Shown here: one piece after another, positions 40,217 through 53,744 of the stretch
Layout of the letters: each line of letters opens with the position of its first letter
Position numbering within the stretch: position 1 is the stretch's first letter
Assembly: GCA_951406725.2 (NCBI GenBank)
Contig: OX597816.1
Coordinates: 139,438,001-139,502,000 of the forward strand
DNA length: 64,000 bases
Direction: 5' to 3'
Origin: Octopus vulgaris
Lineage: Eukaryota
The notes under the pieces: model-generated
Told to the model about the DNA's origin: nothing
The model's database searches: none
What the model saw: the letters and a program-made list of their open reading frames with translations, nothing else
Program-made: the position numbers and the translations under genes

Positions 40217-40311
40217 CTGTAAATGTACATCACCTTCTGTACCTGTGTGCAGCGTATAAATATGCATGGGTGTGCAGTTACATGTTTAATTTCTTGAATT
40301 TTTTTTATTGA
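40217..40311 (-). other. Candidate exon, 95 bp (UTR, lncRNA or start-codon exon)
   Basis: Acceptor TTTTTTCATTTTTCCCCTACAG and donor CAG|GTAATG in unique sequence. Confidence 0.4.
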
Positions 40312-40504
40312 CTGTAGGGGAAAATGAAAAAATTGCATGGAAAATTACAAAGTGCAGGAACAGTGCATATATTTTCGTAATAATTGCTACCTATTCCGTT
40401 TGAATCCAACGTGCTTTTCCACTTAGGGTATATCATTGCCGCATTATTAACTTGATATATGTTGCTTTTAATTAGCCCCAAGCTTGCCAGCTGTCGTGAT
40501 GTGA

Positions 40505-41105
40505 CAGCCGACAGATGGCAGCAGGTGTTTTTTTTTTTACCCTTTGATTCCCCTCTCTAATTGTTATAGTAAGAAGTCGTTTTCTGTTTGGACTGTAGGC
40601 ACATGGGAACTTAAACATATTCATCCATGCATATACACTATCCCAGCAGCAAATACATACATACACCGCACATATATGCATAATTCATACACACAGAAAC
40701 GAACAATCAAACACACATACACACACATTCATTTAATGTACAATGTATGGTTTTATTTAATCCGGTGGTACTCACAAAGAAGCTCCTTAGTGGACCAGGT
40801 TACAGTTGAGCAATGGATGTAACCATGATATCCTTTGTATCTGAAAAGTTAACCTTGAATTATCTGTTTTAGCTTGTAAAATGTACAAGATTACTATGCA
40901 ATATATAACACATACACTAGTGAAGACATGTAAAAATAATTTATTATACGCTAAAATAAATTATTTTTCTATGATGCTAGCTGCGAAACGATCGTAATCT
41001 TATAGATATCAACTCGTGAAATAAATATATTCATCTCATACGTCCTGATATTTTAAAAATATTTTCTCTAAATATATATGAGTGTGTGCGTATATATACA
41101 TGTGT
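40505..41105. repeat. Local direct duplication, copy 2
   Basis: See 35510-36095. Confidence 0.92.
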
Positions 41106-41501
41106 GTGTGTGTGTGTGTGTAGTTCATGGAAGAGATCGAGATATTCTCTGTATAGAAGACACTTAGTTGTGCTCAAGATATTCAAACTTCGACTCCTAT
41201 GTCTTTACGAGGGATCATTCCACGAGGTAAAGAAAGGCTATAATGGATATCAGGTTGAGCGGGTATAGAGGCAATTATTGGGATAAACTAATTACACACA
41301 TCGAATTTATCAAGTACATGAAATACAAAATATGATTATAAGTATAGATGCAAAACGAGAGAAAGCAAAAAGTGGAAAGTTTCAGATGATGAATGGTGAA
41401 TTTATATGTATAAATACATACATATATATTTAAATAGGTCAACCTTACACAGAATACAAATGACAAACAAATTTAAAGGGGTGGAATAAAAGTATAATGA
41501 G

Positions 41502-41622
41502 TCCAACAGCTGTTCCTGGGGGTTCAACGATCCATAATAACATTGGTAGATTTAGTCCGTCACAAAATGCGGCCGGATGGATTCATTTAACATAGGATGA
41601 GATAATCCTCCTTCATCGGGGA
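41502..41622 (-). ncRNA. Decayed hammerhead-like motif with long stem II insert
   Basis: UCC-CCGAUGA-AGGAGG...CCCCCA-GGAAC-AGCU-GUU-GGA; palindromic stem III AACAGCUGUU; two core substitutions. Confidence 0.4.
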
Positions 41623-41784
41623 GATAAGCTTCCTTCATAAATTCATAAGTCATCATGTGAAAGTTTCCACCGTTTTTTTTCTCTCGTTTTGCAATTTATA
41701 CATAGATACATATTTTGTATTTGATGTACTTAATATATTTAATGTATTTGATGTGTCTAATTTGCTTATGCCAATAAATGCTTC

Positions 41785-41825
<41 letters not shown>

Positions 41826-41946
41826 TTATGAAAATACCTGTATCCACGCCATGCAAGTCCCTTTGTTTTTTTGGGGGGAGAATACTGTAGAGCTGTGGGC
41901 CCTTGAAACCTATCCTTGCAATATCTGGCCGTGTATATATATATAT

Positions 41947-42480
41947 AAACGAAAACAATCTCTTACCGTTAATGGTGAACATGTTTCTAGATCGTAGGCG
42001 AGAAATTTATCAAATGCCACCAGCCTCCCTACGCACACTTCCTCCCACTATCTGATGACGCCTGGTCAGAGGTGGAGGCTGGTGGCATTTGATAAATCTA
42101 TGGAATATAGTGCTGACGAAAGAAATTAGGCAATTTCTCGCCTACGATCTAGAAACATGTTCACCATTAACGGTAAGAGATTGTTTTCGTTTATTTCATA
42201 TTATTGTGTACCTAACCAATCTTAACTGTTACATATGTTTTGGTAGCATTGCCAGCAAGTTTTCTTGCTGGTTGTCTCCAGAGTGGAATCAATATTGTCG
42301 ATAATAGCACGAAATTACGGTCGACACCCTGGCAGATAGCTGAGGAGGTGTTGGTGACATTCTGTATTTGTTTTCCGTTCGTCTGTGCATTTAGTTTATG
42401 TTTTCCAACTTGACATTCTATGTCTATTTTCGTTTATTTGCTTATTACTATACGTGCTTGACTTCAGAAAAAATAAAATA
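41947..42480 (+). mobile_element. PLE-like terminal remnant with inverted 5' piece, between TA tracts
   Basis: ~62-bp inverted repeat 41947-42008/42132-42193, nested 23-bp inverted repeat 42006-42028/42074-42096, and AATAAA at the 3' end. Confidence 0.6.
42108..42166 (+). ncRNA. Hammerhead-like motif with canonical core
   Basis: GUG-CUGACGA-(AGAAAUU-AGGC-AAUUUCU...)-GAAAC-AU-GUU-CAC; palindromic AACAUGUU; stem II junction atypical. Confidence 0.5.
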
Positions 42481-42552
42481 TATATGTATAGCTTTACATA
42501 TATACAAATATACATGTATGAATAGATTTACATATATATATATATATATAAG

Positions 42553-42586
<34 letters not shown>

Positions 42587-43471
42587 TGTATGTATGTATG
42601 TATGTATTATAGCATTATGTGGTTTCTGTTCAGTTTAAAACTTCTTTGGGTATGTAGGTTTGAGTGGAGAGAAGTAGTAATTAGGTTTTAGACTATGGGT
42701 TGTGATAGAGGGGTGTTTTGAAGTAATTTTTCTTCATTAAATTTGGAGTTATATTATTGTTTAGAATATATGTATGTAGAACTTTGTAATCAGGTATGTA
42801 TTTTTAGGTGTGACCCTTTCAGGTCACGAGATTGTTTTCTAGTAGTTCTCAAAAAGTATTTAGGAAGGGGTATGGTGTACCAGTAGTTTTAGATACTTTT
42901 GGTTTTATTGGATTTGATCCTTTGCTTCGCCAGTATACAAGTCAATGGCTTAAAGTTTAATCCAGCCATTTGAAAACTTAGAGGCTTTGTTAACTTTTGT
43001 AATGGAATTTGTTAAAGGTTCACAAAAGAATGTAAGTAGGTGGTATGTTTTGGTTGGACAGTTTCTTTACTTGTAGTTGTTGTCATTATTTAAGGTCCTC
43101 CCCGTGTGTATCTGGAAGGTGGGGTTGGGAGGCGTTATTAATTGGATATTTCATGGTGTTTGCTAATAAGAAAAAATAGCCGAAACTTTGAAGTCAACCT
43201 CAATAACATTTTTGTTTAAGAATAATAAATTTCTACTCTACAGAAGAAGTATAGGAGTAACTCATCGGATTAATGTCAAACTGATTTTATTATGACTTAA
43301 CATAAAACAAACACACACACACACATATGGATATATATACATATATGTATATATATATATACATATATATATATATGTATATGTATATGGATATATATAT
43401 GGATATATATATATATACACGTATCTATATGGATATATATATATACATACATACATATATATATACATATA

Positions 43472-43738
43472 CGTATAGTAGTGGTTGTCTACTCATTATG
43501 CAGAGTTTGACCAACTCTTGTACCTACACCTTAGAACCATCGTGGCATCTGATGTGGTTTTTTAAACCAGACAACTTTTTGAAAAGATATCCACATAGAT
43601 GACATATCCCATTTGGATCACCAAGAGCTGCGGTTAAGTGCTGATCTTTGTGGATCTTAAAATGTCTTTTGAGGCCTCCGTTAGATTTGCCGACGTTCTG
43701 GCATACATTGCATTGAAAGGCGTGCACAGGCATACAGG
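43472..43738 (-). mobile_element. LINE (probably RTE) 3' end encoding two C2H2-type fingers
   Basis: CNVCQNVGKSNGGLKRHFKIH and [21 protein letters not shown], then a stop, short 3' UTR and CTA-repeat tail; 5' end is truncated at a microsatellite. Confidence 0.65.
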
Positions 43739-43783
43739 CAGAATACATACAAACATACATACATACATACATACATACATACA

Positions 43784-43814
<31 letters not shown>

Positions 43815-43987
43815 GCATGCATGCATGCATAAAAGATACGAGGGTCTTTTGTCAGGACTCAAATTAATCGTTATAGACTGGAGTGCTCAAATTGGTATAC
43901 CACAAAAATTCGGCTTTGAACTGCAGTTGAACATGTGATTTTGTGACTCCCTTTCTAAAGCGGCTAAACGTGGCTTCCCCTTGAGCC

Positions 43988-44278
43988 GGTAGGTATAGAT
44001 TAAAGTATATATGAAAAGACAAACGTTTTGGTAAGACTTGAAAGGGACATTTAATTTAGATATATAATAAAAAAAATTTATATAGTCTCTAACAATTTGT
44101 TTCTTGAATATCCCAGCTACTGGAACATCGCGCCGAGCGAGGATTTCAATAGCTGGGATATTCTAGAAACAGCTGTGAGAGACTATGTAACCATTTTATT
44201 ATATAGCTAAATTAAATGTCCTTGTCAAGTCTTGCCAAAACGGTTGCATTTTCATTTCTGCTTTAATTTATACCTACC
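43988..44278. mobile_element. ~290-bp palindromic foldback (MITE-like), diverged arms
   Basis: GAATATCCCAGCTA/TAGCTGGGATATTC, GGACATTTAATTTAG/CTAAATTAAATGTCC and CGTTTTGGTAAGACTTGA/TCAAGTCTTGCCAAAACG are symmetric about ~44133. Confidence 0.8.
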
Positions 44279-44357
44279 TACCTACCTACCTACCTACCTA
44301 CCTACCTACCTACTTACCTACCTACCTACCTACCTACCTACCTACATACATACATAC

Positions 44358-44652
44358 ATGATGGCTGCCCCCTCGTTATCGAGTATGGCCATTTGCACGA
44401 GGCTTAACTGTTATTGGTGCTGTGATCGAATGTGACTGTTATTCGCTTTTTAAGGCTACATTTAGACATTCAGTTGAGACTCACAGCACTATCAACAATC
44501 ATCAACAATGTTGTTATCGTGCAATGCCTGTGTAAGAATATTCTTTTTAAAGTGAGGAAAAGCTGTGCACTGAGTCAATCCCACTCACTAAGCAACAGCA
44601 GCCATAATCCGAAAAGAAGTCAACATCATCGGTAACCACTGAGCCGCAGATT
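44358..44652 (-). mobile_element. Probable SINE with tRNA-like head and RTE-like tail
   Basis: Minus-strand head GCGGCTCAGTGGTTA; tail ATGGCCATACTCGATAACGAGGGGGCAGCCATCA. Confidence 0.5.
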
Positions 44653-44776
44653 TTATGTCAGAGTTATCCCAGTTATCTGAGTTACCTTCTCCTAGAAGGA
44701 TGCATGCATACATACATATAACAACATCCGATAATCTGGTTTATACAGTGATACGTATACTTATAGAGATACACAC

Positions 44777-44815
<39 letters not shown>

Positions 44816-45201
44816 ACATTTTCACACTTATAACACTAGCATACACACACGCGACATCTCACTCACATATTACATGTTTGTATTTATTTATTTATTGAAT
44901 TATTTATGTTTGTGAGTGTGTGTATCTACGTGAGACAGGCGATTTTATATTAAGCCCAAGGTCAAACGTTAAAAATGTTGATCTCGGTCCCTTCATTATT
45001 TAATGTAATCCTCAATTCCCATTCTCTTCCCCGATAGTGAAAATTGTCAATAAGATGTGAATATTCTCCCAGCGATTATTTTAGTAAAACTGCGATGTAC
45101 GCATTGGGGAAGTGAAATAAGAAGAGAGAACCGTCTCGACGGGCAAAAAAAAAATAAATAAATAATGAAACTGAGTCTCTGGAAACTAAACTGGTGGTTA
45201 C

Positions 45202-45253
45202 CTGCATCGGTGAGGAGAAGAAGAATCTGACGTTTCCGAGGCTGCCCCGTCAC
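45202..45253 (-). other. Candidate exon, 52 bp
   Basis: Long pyrimidine tract ending CTTTCTCTCAG, GC-richer body, donor CAG|GTAACC. Confidence 0.5.
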
Positions 45254-46462
45254 CTGAGAGAAAAGATAGAGCAAACGAGCGAAGATAGGGAGAGAAATAG
45301 AGAGAGGGGGAGAAGGTGACAAAAAGATCAAGTGTGGATTTTAAAGTGTGGATTTTAAAGTGATCACTCAGATGAATAACTTCGAAATGGTAAAGACGTT
45401 GCGAATTTATCAAAACACCATAACGCCTCAACTAGCTATCTGTAGGGCAATTGGAAGGTAAAATATCAATTCGCTCTGAAATTACATCTTTAATTAGGAG
45501 AACGTCAGTGACGTCATGGAGGATCACAGTTATTTATGACTTACATAATTACAAAGCTATATATTTTGTGGGACTTATATAAGCGTTTCTATCGATTCGA
45601 GTACTTATATAAACGACTTGAGAAGAGTGAAAAGTAAGATCGACTTCAGTGGAATTTGAAATAAGAAGAGAAAGAGTCGTCACTTGAGCAATTTTCTTCA
45701 CTACTTATTAAATGTTTGCTGCATTACGATTAAGTTGTTTTTGTAAAGTACATTTTTGGAATATTTCTTCATTTTGCAGGAAGGTAACGTTTGTGAACTA
45801 TAACTTGTATTCAAAAAGTGTTAGAAATTCTGTGGCAGCATGCTTATAATTGCTTCAAGAAGATATCTACGTTTATTCTTTCTTTCATTAAACTAGAGAG
45901 AGAGAGGGGAGGGGCAGCGAACGTTCTTGCAGTCTGAGAGTATATTTCCTGGTTATTCCATTTAACTGGTCAGAATATTACCGTCGATTTCGCGCTGACT
46001 ATTGCCCTTGGCAATACTCAAGACTTTTCAGATATGCTGGTTGGAAGTGCATAGTTCTCTTTTTCATAGATAGACCCTCCTTAGCTTTGTTTTAATAAAA
46101 AAAGAACCGGAAACCGTAACGAAATGGTAAAAGAATTAAAAAGTTTTCCGGGATGGAAAAAAAGAATTATTTCTCGTGGACAGTTACTAGACATAGGTTG
46201 ATGTATGTCATTTCTGTTTGTATATAGGTATGTTGACCCTATTCTCAAAATGGGACAACTACGCTGTCGCAACAAATTTTCACTCATGAGGTTAGCATCC
46301 GAATATCTTAGTTTTATGCACGTGCATACTGTGAATAATTTATAAGGATTTTCCAATATCTACTTTCATTTAAATATGATCCAGGTCATCCAACCAATTT
46401 CCAGTTGATTTCACATAACTTACACGGTTCAAATACGGCTAGCATCAAACCATGAGTCAATA

Positions 46463-46533
<71 letters not shown>

Positions 46534-46715
46534 CAGCATAAAAGTGGCTCTTCGCTTTTCGGTCTGAAGATTTATCAATATTCTCAAGTGCAATAGTGAG
46601 AAATAGACTGTAAAATTCTGACCGGTTGTATGCCATTAATATTCTGCTCCTCGATGCAAATATATAAAAGCACGCTTTCTGATATTGAGTGTGGTTTTTG
46701 TGACTCATGGACAAC

Positions 46716-46757
<42 letters not shown>

Positions 46758-46803
46758 TAATGTGTGTGCGCGTATGTGTGTGTCACTATAAATACACACA
46801 CAC

Positions 46804-46936
<133 letters not shown>

Positions 46937-47142
46937 TATATATATATTTATATATATGTATATGTGCGAATGGTGGGATGGGGAGATTGATAGAACAAAG
47001 GGGATAAAGCATGAAAATATAGATTTTTTTACTTGTTTCAGCCATCAGATTGCGACCAATTCGAGTGCTAAGTTGCGTACTTGGAACGCACGAAAAATGT
47101 TGTCCCTTGGGTCACTTTGTATCTTCTATCAATCAAAGTTAT

Positions 47143-47262
47143 AATGATGATGATGATGTTGATTATGATAATGATGATGATGAGAAGAAGAAGAAAAAGA
47201 AGAAGAAGAAGAAGAAGAAGAAGAACAACAACAACAACAACAACAACAGCAACAACAACAAC
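47143..47262. repeat. (GAT)n(GAA)n(CAA)n compound repeat
   Basis: Directly visible. Confidence 0.95.
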
Positions 47263-48120
47263 GGCGAAAACTTTCCAAAAAGCGAGAGACTTCCTTGGGT
47301 TACTCGTAGAAAATTCACAAAACTACGGTCACCCCAACCACTGAAGAAAGTGCTCTCTCCATATCGTCTTGCTTCAACATACAAGCGCATGTTTAGAATA
47401 GGCCCGTTTACTCGCACAATTCTTGTCACATTCACCCACCTTTCAATAAAACTGCTGAGAAGCAGCAGTTCCCTCGCTACCCTCAACTTCCTTTTCAAGT
47501 GAAAGAGAAAGTATCTGCCTTCAGTCCCTTCGATGTGATCCATTAAGCAACTCTTTCGTTAAGGCCGCCGGACAAATAAACACTGCTTGCCGTTCCCGGC
47601 CAAATGAAGGCGGTGGAACGATCTTCACAAAAGATTCAACTGATAGCCCGTACTGTACGCGACAGCAGGTGTTTGACCTAAACACACAAGTCAGGAATGT
47701 TCGAGCACTGGACGAGAGCGTACAAAACAGTTTCGTCGCTCTGCGCGCATTCCGCGCAAGCCCGGCTGACGGACGTTTCATGCCTGTAGAGTTTATCCCG
47801 AATAGGCAATGTTCTCTGGTAACACTGCCAGACTACGGATTTTTGGAAATTATCCATGGCCCCAAAGTTCTCTGGAACAGACCAACTAGCTGATTCGCAT
47901 CGACGTGCAAAATCACCCCGAGAACGTCGTCACACTTACCCGCCACTAAATCTCTATAGAATGGCAGAGGGGAACTTCTACTGACCGCATTGCCCAACCA
48001 ACAGAGACCTGAGTGGGTCACGACACTCTAGGTGCCACGCGCCCTGCCTCGGCCTACGCTTGATCCAGGACTGCAGCTCAGTCAAAGAGACGAGCTGCAG
48101 AAGAGCAGGTCCTCTCTTTG
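47263..48120 (-). pseudogene. L1/Tx1-like LINE ORF2 C-terminal fragment
   Basis: FHLKRKLRVARELLLLSSFIERWVNV matches the 61650-61780 translation; the Cys-knuckle region ECAQSDETVLYALVQC is degenerate. Confidence 0.75.
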
Positions 48121-48125
48121 ATACT

Positions 48126-48238
<113 letters not shown>

Positions 48239-48239
48239 T

Positions 48240-48558
48240 ATAGTTAGAGCGTCGAGCTTACAATCGTAAGGTTGTGAGTTTGAATTCCGGACCGGGCTGC
48301 GTGTTGTATTCTTGAGCGAGACACTTTATTTCACGTTGCTCCAGTTCACTCAGCTTTAGAAATGAGTTGCGACGTCACTGGTGCCAAGCTGTATCGGCCT
48401 TTGCCTTTCCCTTGGATAACACTGGTGGCATGGAGAGGGGAGGCCGGTATGCATGGGCGACTGCTGGTCTTCCATAAGCAACCTTGCCAGGACTTGTGCC
48501 TGGGAGGGTAACTTTCAAGGTGCAATCCCATTGTCAGTCATGATCGAAAGGGGACTCA
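48240..48558 (+). mobile_element. SINE family C
   Basis: Colinear with the other C copies. Confidence 0.9.
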
Positions 48559-48589
48559 GATACATACATACATACATACATACATACAT

Positions 48590-49750
48590 ACAAGCTTTTT
48601 AATCTCATAATCTTATCAATGTAAAACTTTTGGTTTCAAAGCAAAGAACTCTGAAATGTCAGTTTCGACCTCCTGGCTTGCGAAAGTTATGTCCCCGAAA
48701 TGATTCTGTAAACTACGAAACAAATGGTAGTCTGAATGAACAAGATCGGGAGAATAAGGTGGATGAGGAATTTTTTTCTCAACCAAGCTCTTCGATCTTC
48801 TGTGATGTGATCTTTGTAGTGTGGGGTCGCGCATTGCTCTGATGAAACATCGCTACTTTTCGATTCACTAATGCGGGTATTTTTTCTTCAAAGCTTTGTT
48901 CAAACTCTCTAATTGCTGACAGTAGATTTGAGCATTGATTTTTGCATTAAAAATAACAATTTAAAGTTAATTACTCCTTTGCAATCCCACCAGATAGAGA
49001 GAAGAACCTTTTTCCCATGACGTTCTCTTCTCGGTTGTGGTTGAGCTTTTCCCCCTTTTACCAAGCCACTGTTTTCGACGATAGAAGATCCATTTTCGTC
49101 ACCAGTCACAAGTCTATCCAAAGAGGGTGAAATGAATTCGCATGAATGGAAAGAAGAGCAGATGTCAACTCGGGATTTGCAGTTGCTTTCGGACAATTCA
49201 TGAGGCATCCATTTTCCAAGTTTAGGAACCTTTCCAAGTTGTTGAAGATTACGATGAACATTTGTATGGTTTGAACTAAGCTTTATTGCCAATTCTTCAA
49301 CTGATAATGCAGGATTTTCTTCAAGTAATGTCTCAAGGAGCTTATCATCAAACTAAACTGGACGTCCTGTTCGATCTTCATCATCAGGCTGAAATCTCCA
49401 CTTCTGAATTTTGCAAACCATCTTCTGCAAGTTTGCAAGTTCTTTCATTCAAGAATTCTTTCCCATAAACTGAGTGTATGTTTCGAGTCGCTTCGGCTGC
49501 AGAGTTTCCTTTCTGTGTACTCATGAAGCATTATGTGCCTCAAATGCCCTTTGGATACTTCCATGTTAGAAAGGGTTTTAATCAAAGAAATTTTAATTTT
49601 ATTATTCTGTAAAATAATATTTAATTAGTTTAAATGTACACAAATTCATAAAAATAATTTTTCATTCCATTAGACATTCTAAAATTCTATTAAATTCATT
49701 CAATTTTTAAAAAAAAGGTAAAATGGGACAGAACTTATGACCTGATATAT
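48590..49750 (-). pseudogene. mariner transposon with frameshifted transposase
   Basis: ATG at 49564 (MEVSKGHLRHIML); motifs WMPHEL, VTGDE and HPPYSPDLVHSDYHLFRSL; TIR-like end near 49720-49750. Confidence 0.92.
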
Positions 49751-50485
49751 ATAATAGTGTACAAACAATTAAGTATTTATACGCAAAAGAGGTTACATTT
49801 GACAGGACACTTTACATGCTAATCTATTGACTTATTACGCATGCTAGCCACCGGTATGAAAATGTTTCTAAATTTTCAACCCTTATTATTTTCACAGTAT
49901 AACCATGTACATGGTATCTACGTATGTCTTTATGACCTGGTGAGATTGTTTACCACAAAGTAACACTGAGAGTAGTAGTAACCCATACATGTAAAGAGAA
50001 TGAATTTTTTAAAGATACGATTTAAGTCAATCGGCAAAGAGAAACATATTGATGCGTGTTTTTGTCTCGATAGGCGTTTTCAGCACACTAGTCGTTTTAC
50101 TTTGACAGTAGTTGTTGGGCTTATTAGATATATACAAAGATGTAAAAACAAATTTATGACCCGATATAATTTACATAATTTATACGAAAATCAGATCAAG
50201 GAAATAACTCAAAGTAGCCAGTGGCATGACCAGAATCAATAAAGAAGGATGTGGGCATGTGTCTGGATGCATATATACATATGTACGTGTGTATAGTAAC
50301 ATAGCGGTCTGAACAGTGAAAATCAATAAAATCAGTGTCAGAATGCAATAAATACTAGGATCGTTATCTCCGACTAAATCACAGTATGGCCACAGTACCA
50401 TAACTCAAACTAGTGAAAGGGTAGAAGAATAAACGAATTGTGAAATACATTCATCCACAAATTCACCCAAATATATACATACAGA

Positions 50486-50551
<66 letters not shown>

Positions 50552-51106
50552 TAGAGTGAGAGAGAGGGGGGAGAGAGAAAGAGAGAGTGAAACAAGCACA
50601 CATATAGACAGCGACAAACAAAGGAACGATATAGGCGAGATGCGAAATATGTAGACAGGTGCACAAATGCACATACATACATACATACATACATACATAC
50701 ATACATACATACATACATACATGCATACAAGAGATATTGTAAAAGCAAAAATTTATGACGCCAAGAATATATATATATTTATATATATATATGTCTATAT
50801 ACACATATACATACGTTATTATTATTATTATTATGCAAAATCTATTGCTAAATAATTCATTTTCCTAACCCAAACCACAACTGAAATAAAATGGTTATAA
50901 TGAAGAACATTATCTTTCATATATTTCACACATTTATATTTTTATTCCATTTAATATTTTCTCCCCCATTCTTTTACAACTCATAAATAACGTAGTAGAA
51001 TCTAAATTCTGAAGTATGTATAGATACACACACGCACACACACACACATATATATATATGGGTGTGTGTATATAATATATGGGTATATATTACATATGTA
51101 TATATA

Positions 51107-51167
<61 letters not shown>

Positions 51168-51255
51168 TAAATTAGCTCAGTCGATAGTAAACCCGCAGTA
51201 AACATACACACACATCCTTGCGTGTGCGGGCACACACACGTATATATATATATAT

Positions 51256-51301
<46 letters not shown>

Positions 51302-51366
51302 AATATAAATATATTTATACATGTAATGTGGAATATACGTATGCGTGTATATATTTATGTGTGTGC

Positions 51367-51403
<37 letters not shown>

Positions 51404-51437
51404 TATATTTGTGTTTGTGTGTGTGTGTATATATATA

Positions 51438-51483
<46 letters not shown>

Positions 51484-52302
51484 TATTTATATATAAATAT
51501 ATACATATGTGTGTGTCTATGTGTGTATGTATGTATGTATGTATCTATCTCTGCACGTCTGCCATGCCTCTGTGCTTTTATGTATGTATGTATATATCTA
51601 TGAACTCTCATATATCATAAAATCATTTGTTTGCCTAAAACTTGGTGAGTCTGACGAAAGGGAAAGTATTGGAAGAAGACAAGAAGAAGACGAAAGTCAG
51701 AGAGAGAGAGAGAAATAGAAAAAGAGAGAGAGAGAGAAAGAAAGAAAGAAAGAAAGAAAGAGAAAGAATGAGACAAAGACAGAAGATGAGTGAGATGAGA
51801 GAAGAGAGGGAGAAGAGGTAGAGAAAGAATAGAGACGAACGGTGTTGCGGATTGTTTTATAGTCGTTTTCTCTTTATCTTTTTTATTAGTTTCAGCCATT
51901 TTGGCTGCGGTCGAGCTGTGGCCACTGCAGTTCACAATATTAATACTTTATTGGAGAATATCGCAAGAAATTAATAAATATAGGAGGGTCATGTTCAACA
52001 AGAACGTTCCTTGGCCCTTGAACCCACATGTACATGGGTGAGTATAGATGTGAATACGTGTAAGTCTAGATTTGTGCGCATGTGAAATGATTGTGTACGC
52101 GCACGCGTAGTGGATGTTGTGCTTGTGCGTATGTGTGCGTGTGTGTGTGTGTGTGTGTGACTTTGTGTCAGGTGACTACAAGTGTGTGATTGAACTGATT
52201 TTCTTAAAGTGTACGAGTCCACGAACGTAGTTGTCTTCTCTCTTTTTTCCCCTCTCTAGTTCTCTCCCACTTCCTTTCTCTCGCTCTCTCTCTCTCACTC
52301 TT

Positions 52303-52352
<50 letters not shown>

Positions 52353-52584
52353 TGTATAGAGAGAGAGAGAGAGAGAAAGAGAGAGGGAATGCGGGAGAGA
52401 ATGCGAGGGAGAGCGAGAAAAAGAACAATTTATGTGTGTGACTCACACATATATGCGATTATAGATAGTGACTTGGCGCAGTTGTTAGAGCGATGGTTAG
52501 AATGCTTCGCGTTATTTGTTCCGAAACTCTGTGCCCTGAATATCCTGCAGTCAATATCGCCTTCCTATATTTCGGGATCATTTT

Positions 52585-52768
52585 TTTCTACTTGTTCTCA
52601 GTCACTGGTCTCTGGCTGTGCTGGGGAGGACATCGGCTTGAAGGATTCATGCTTTAGTCTGGTACTTATACTATTGGAATCTTTTACTGAAGCGCTATGT
52701 CACGAATACATAAACTAACCAACACCGGTTGTCGAACGGGGGAGGACAAGCACAAACTCAGCATTCTC

Positions 52769-52812
<44 letters not shown>

Positions 52813-52985
52813 CACACACACGCGCGCACACACACACACAAGGGATTCCCCGTAGGTTTCGTCAAATTCTCTCGCAATGCATTAGACGGTCCGGTGCTAT
52901 AATAGACGATACTTACCAAAGTTAATGCACTCTAAAGATGAAGCAGAGGGTGCGTGGTTGCAAAGTGTGCCTAACCACGCAGTCA
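52585..52985 (-). mobile_element. SINE family A, old
   Basis: Degenerate 3' end, CCAACACCGGTTGTC and head motifs. Confidence 0.6.
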
Positions 52986-53047
52986 TAAAAAAAATTACAG
53001 TCTAGGGTAGTGGGTTTGTGGAACTGTAAGAATATCTGAACGGATAC

Positions 53048-53164
53048 CTTGCGGTGTTTATCCTGGCACTTTGTGTTCCAGGGTTGAAATTCCATGATAA
53101 CCTTCTGGAGTGGTACACTCAATTCGTCGTCCGGTTTAACGCCACTACTTGTCACTTCAAGAGC
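53048..53164 (-). other. Candidate exon, 117 bp, open in phase 0
   Basis: CTACAG|ALEVTSSGVKPDDELSVPLQKVIMEFQPWNTKCQDKHRK|GTATCC; splice sites are weak. Confidence 0.25.
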
Positions 53165-53744
53165 CTGTAGCGGAATCCACACTGGCGCAAGAATTCGGAT
53201 CAGGCATCCAGTTTGAGGTTATGTTTTTTCTTTCTCTCTCTCCAACTAGTCCCCGACCATGGGTATTGTCCTCTTTCTTGACCAAAAAATTAGAAAGAAA
53301 ACATATACAACCGCACATATATACATACAGACAAACAAACACGCACATAATACACACACATATTGATATAGAAGTATAGAAAAAGAAACACAGAGAACGT
53401 ATACGGCATTTATGCTTTATATAATGTAAGCGTTTCAAAATGGCGACACACATCAATTACGTGAGTTTAAATCTCTAGTTACATAACAAATCCTGATGGC
53501 ATTCTCCATTAGTATCATTGGCAATAATACGGCACAAATAGAGATGCACGCTCTTCTATTCCCCAGTATAAAATTAAGAACAGTTAGGTTACCATAGGTG
53601 AATAAAATAGAAGGAAGAAAGAGCATTAGTGTAAATAAGACATGTGGTAGGGTCGAGAAGGGATGTCCCCTCCCCACCAAGTCGCACTTTCTCTCTCTCA
53701 CTGTATATATACATATGTGTGTATACAACAATAATAATAATATT

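Noticed and set aside
45760-45790. 4-nt microexon (TTTTGCAG-GAAG-GTAACG)
   Set aside because: Too short to distinguish from chance without junction reads.
48590-49750. Active or domesticated transposase
   Set aside because: Multiple frameshifts and a missing 3' terminus.
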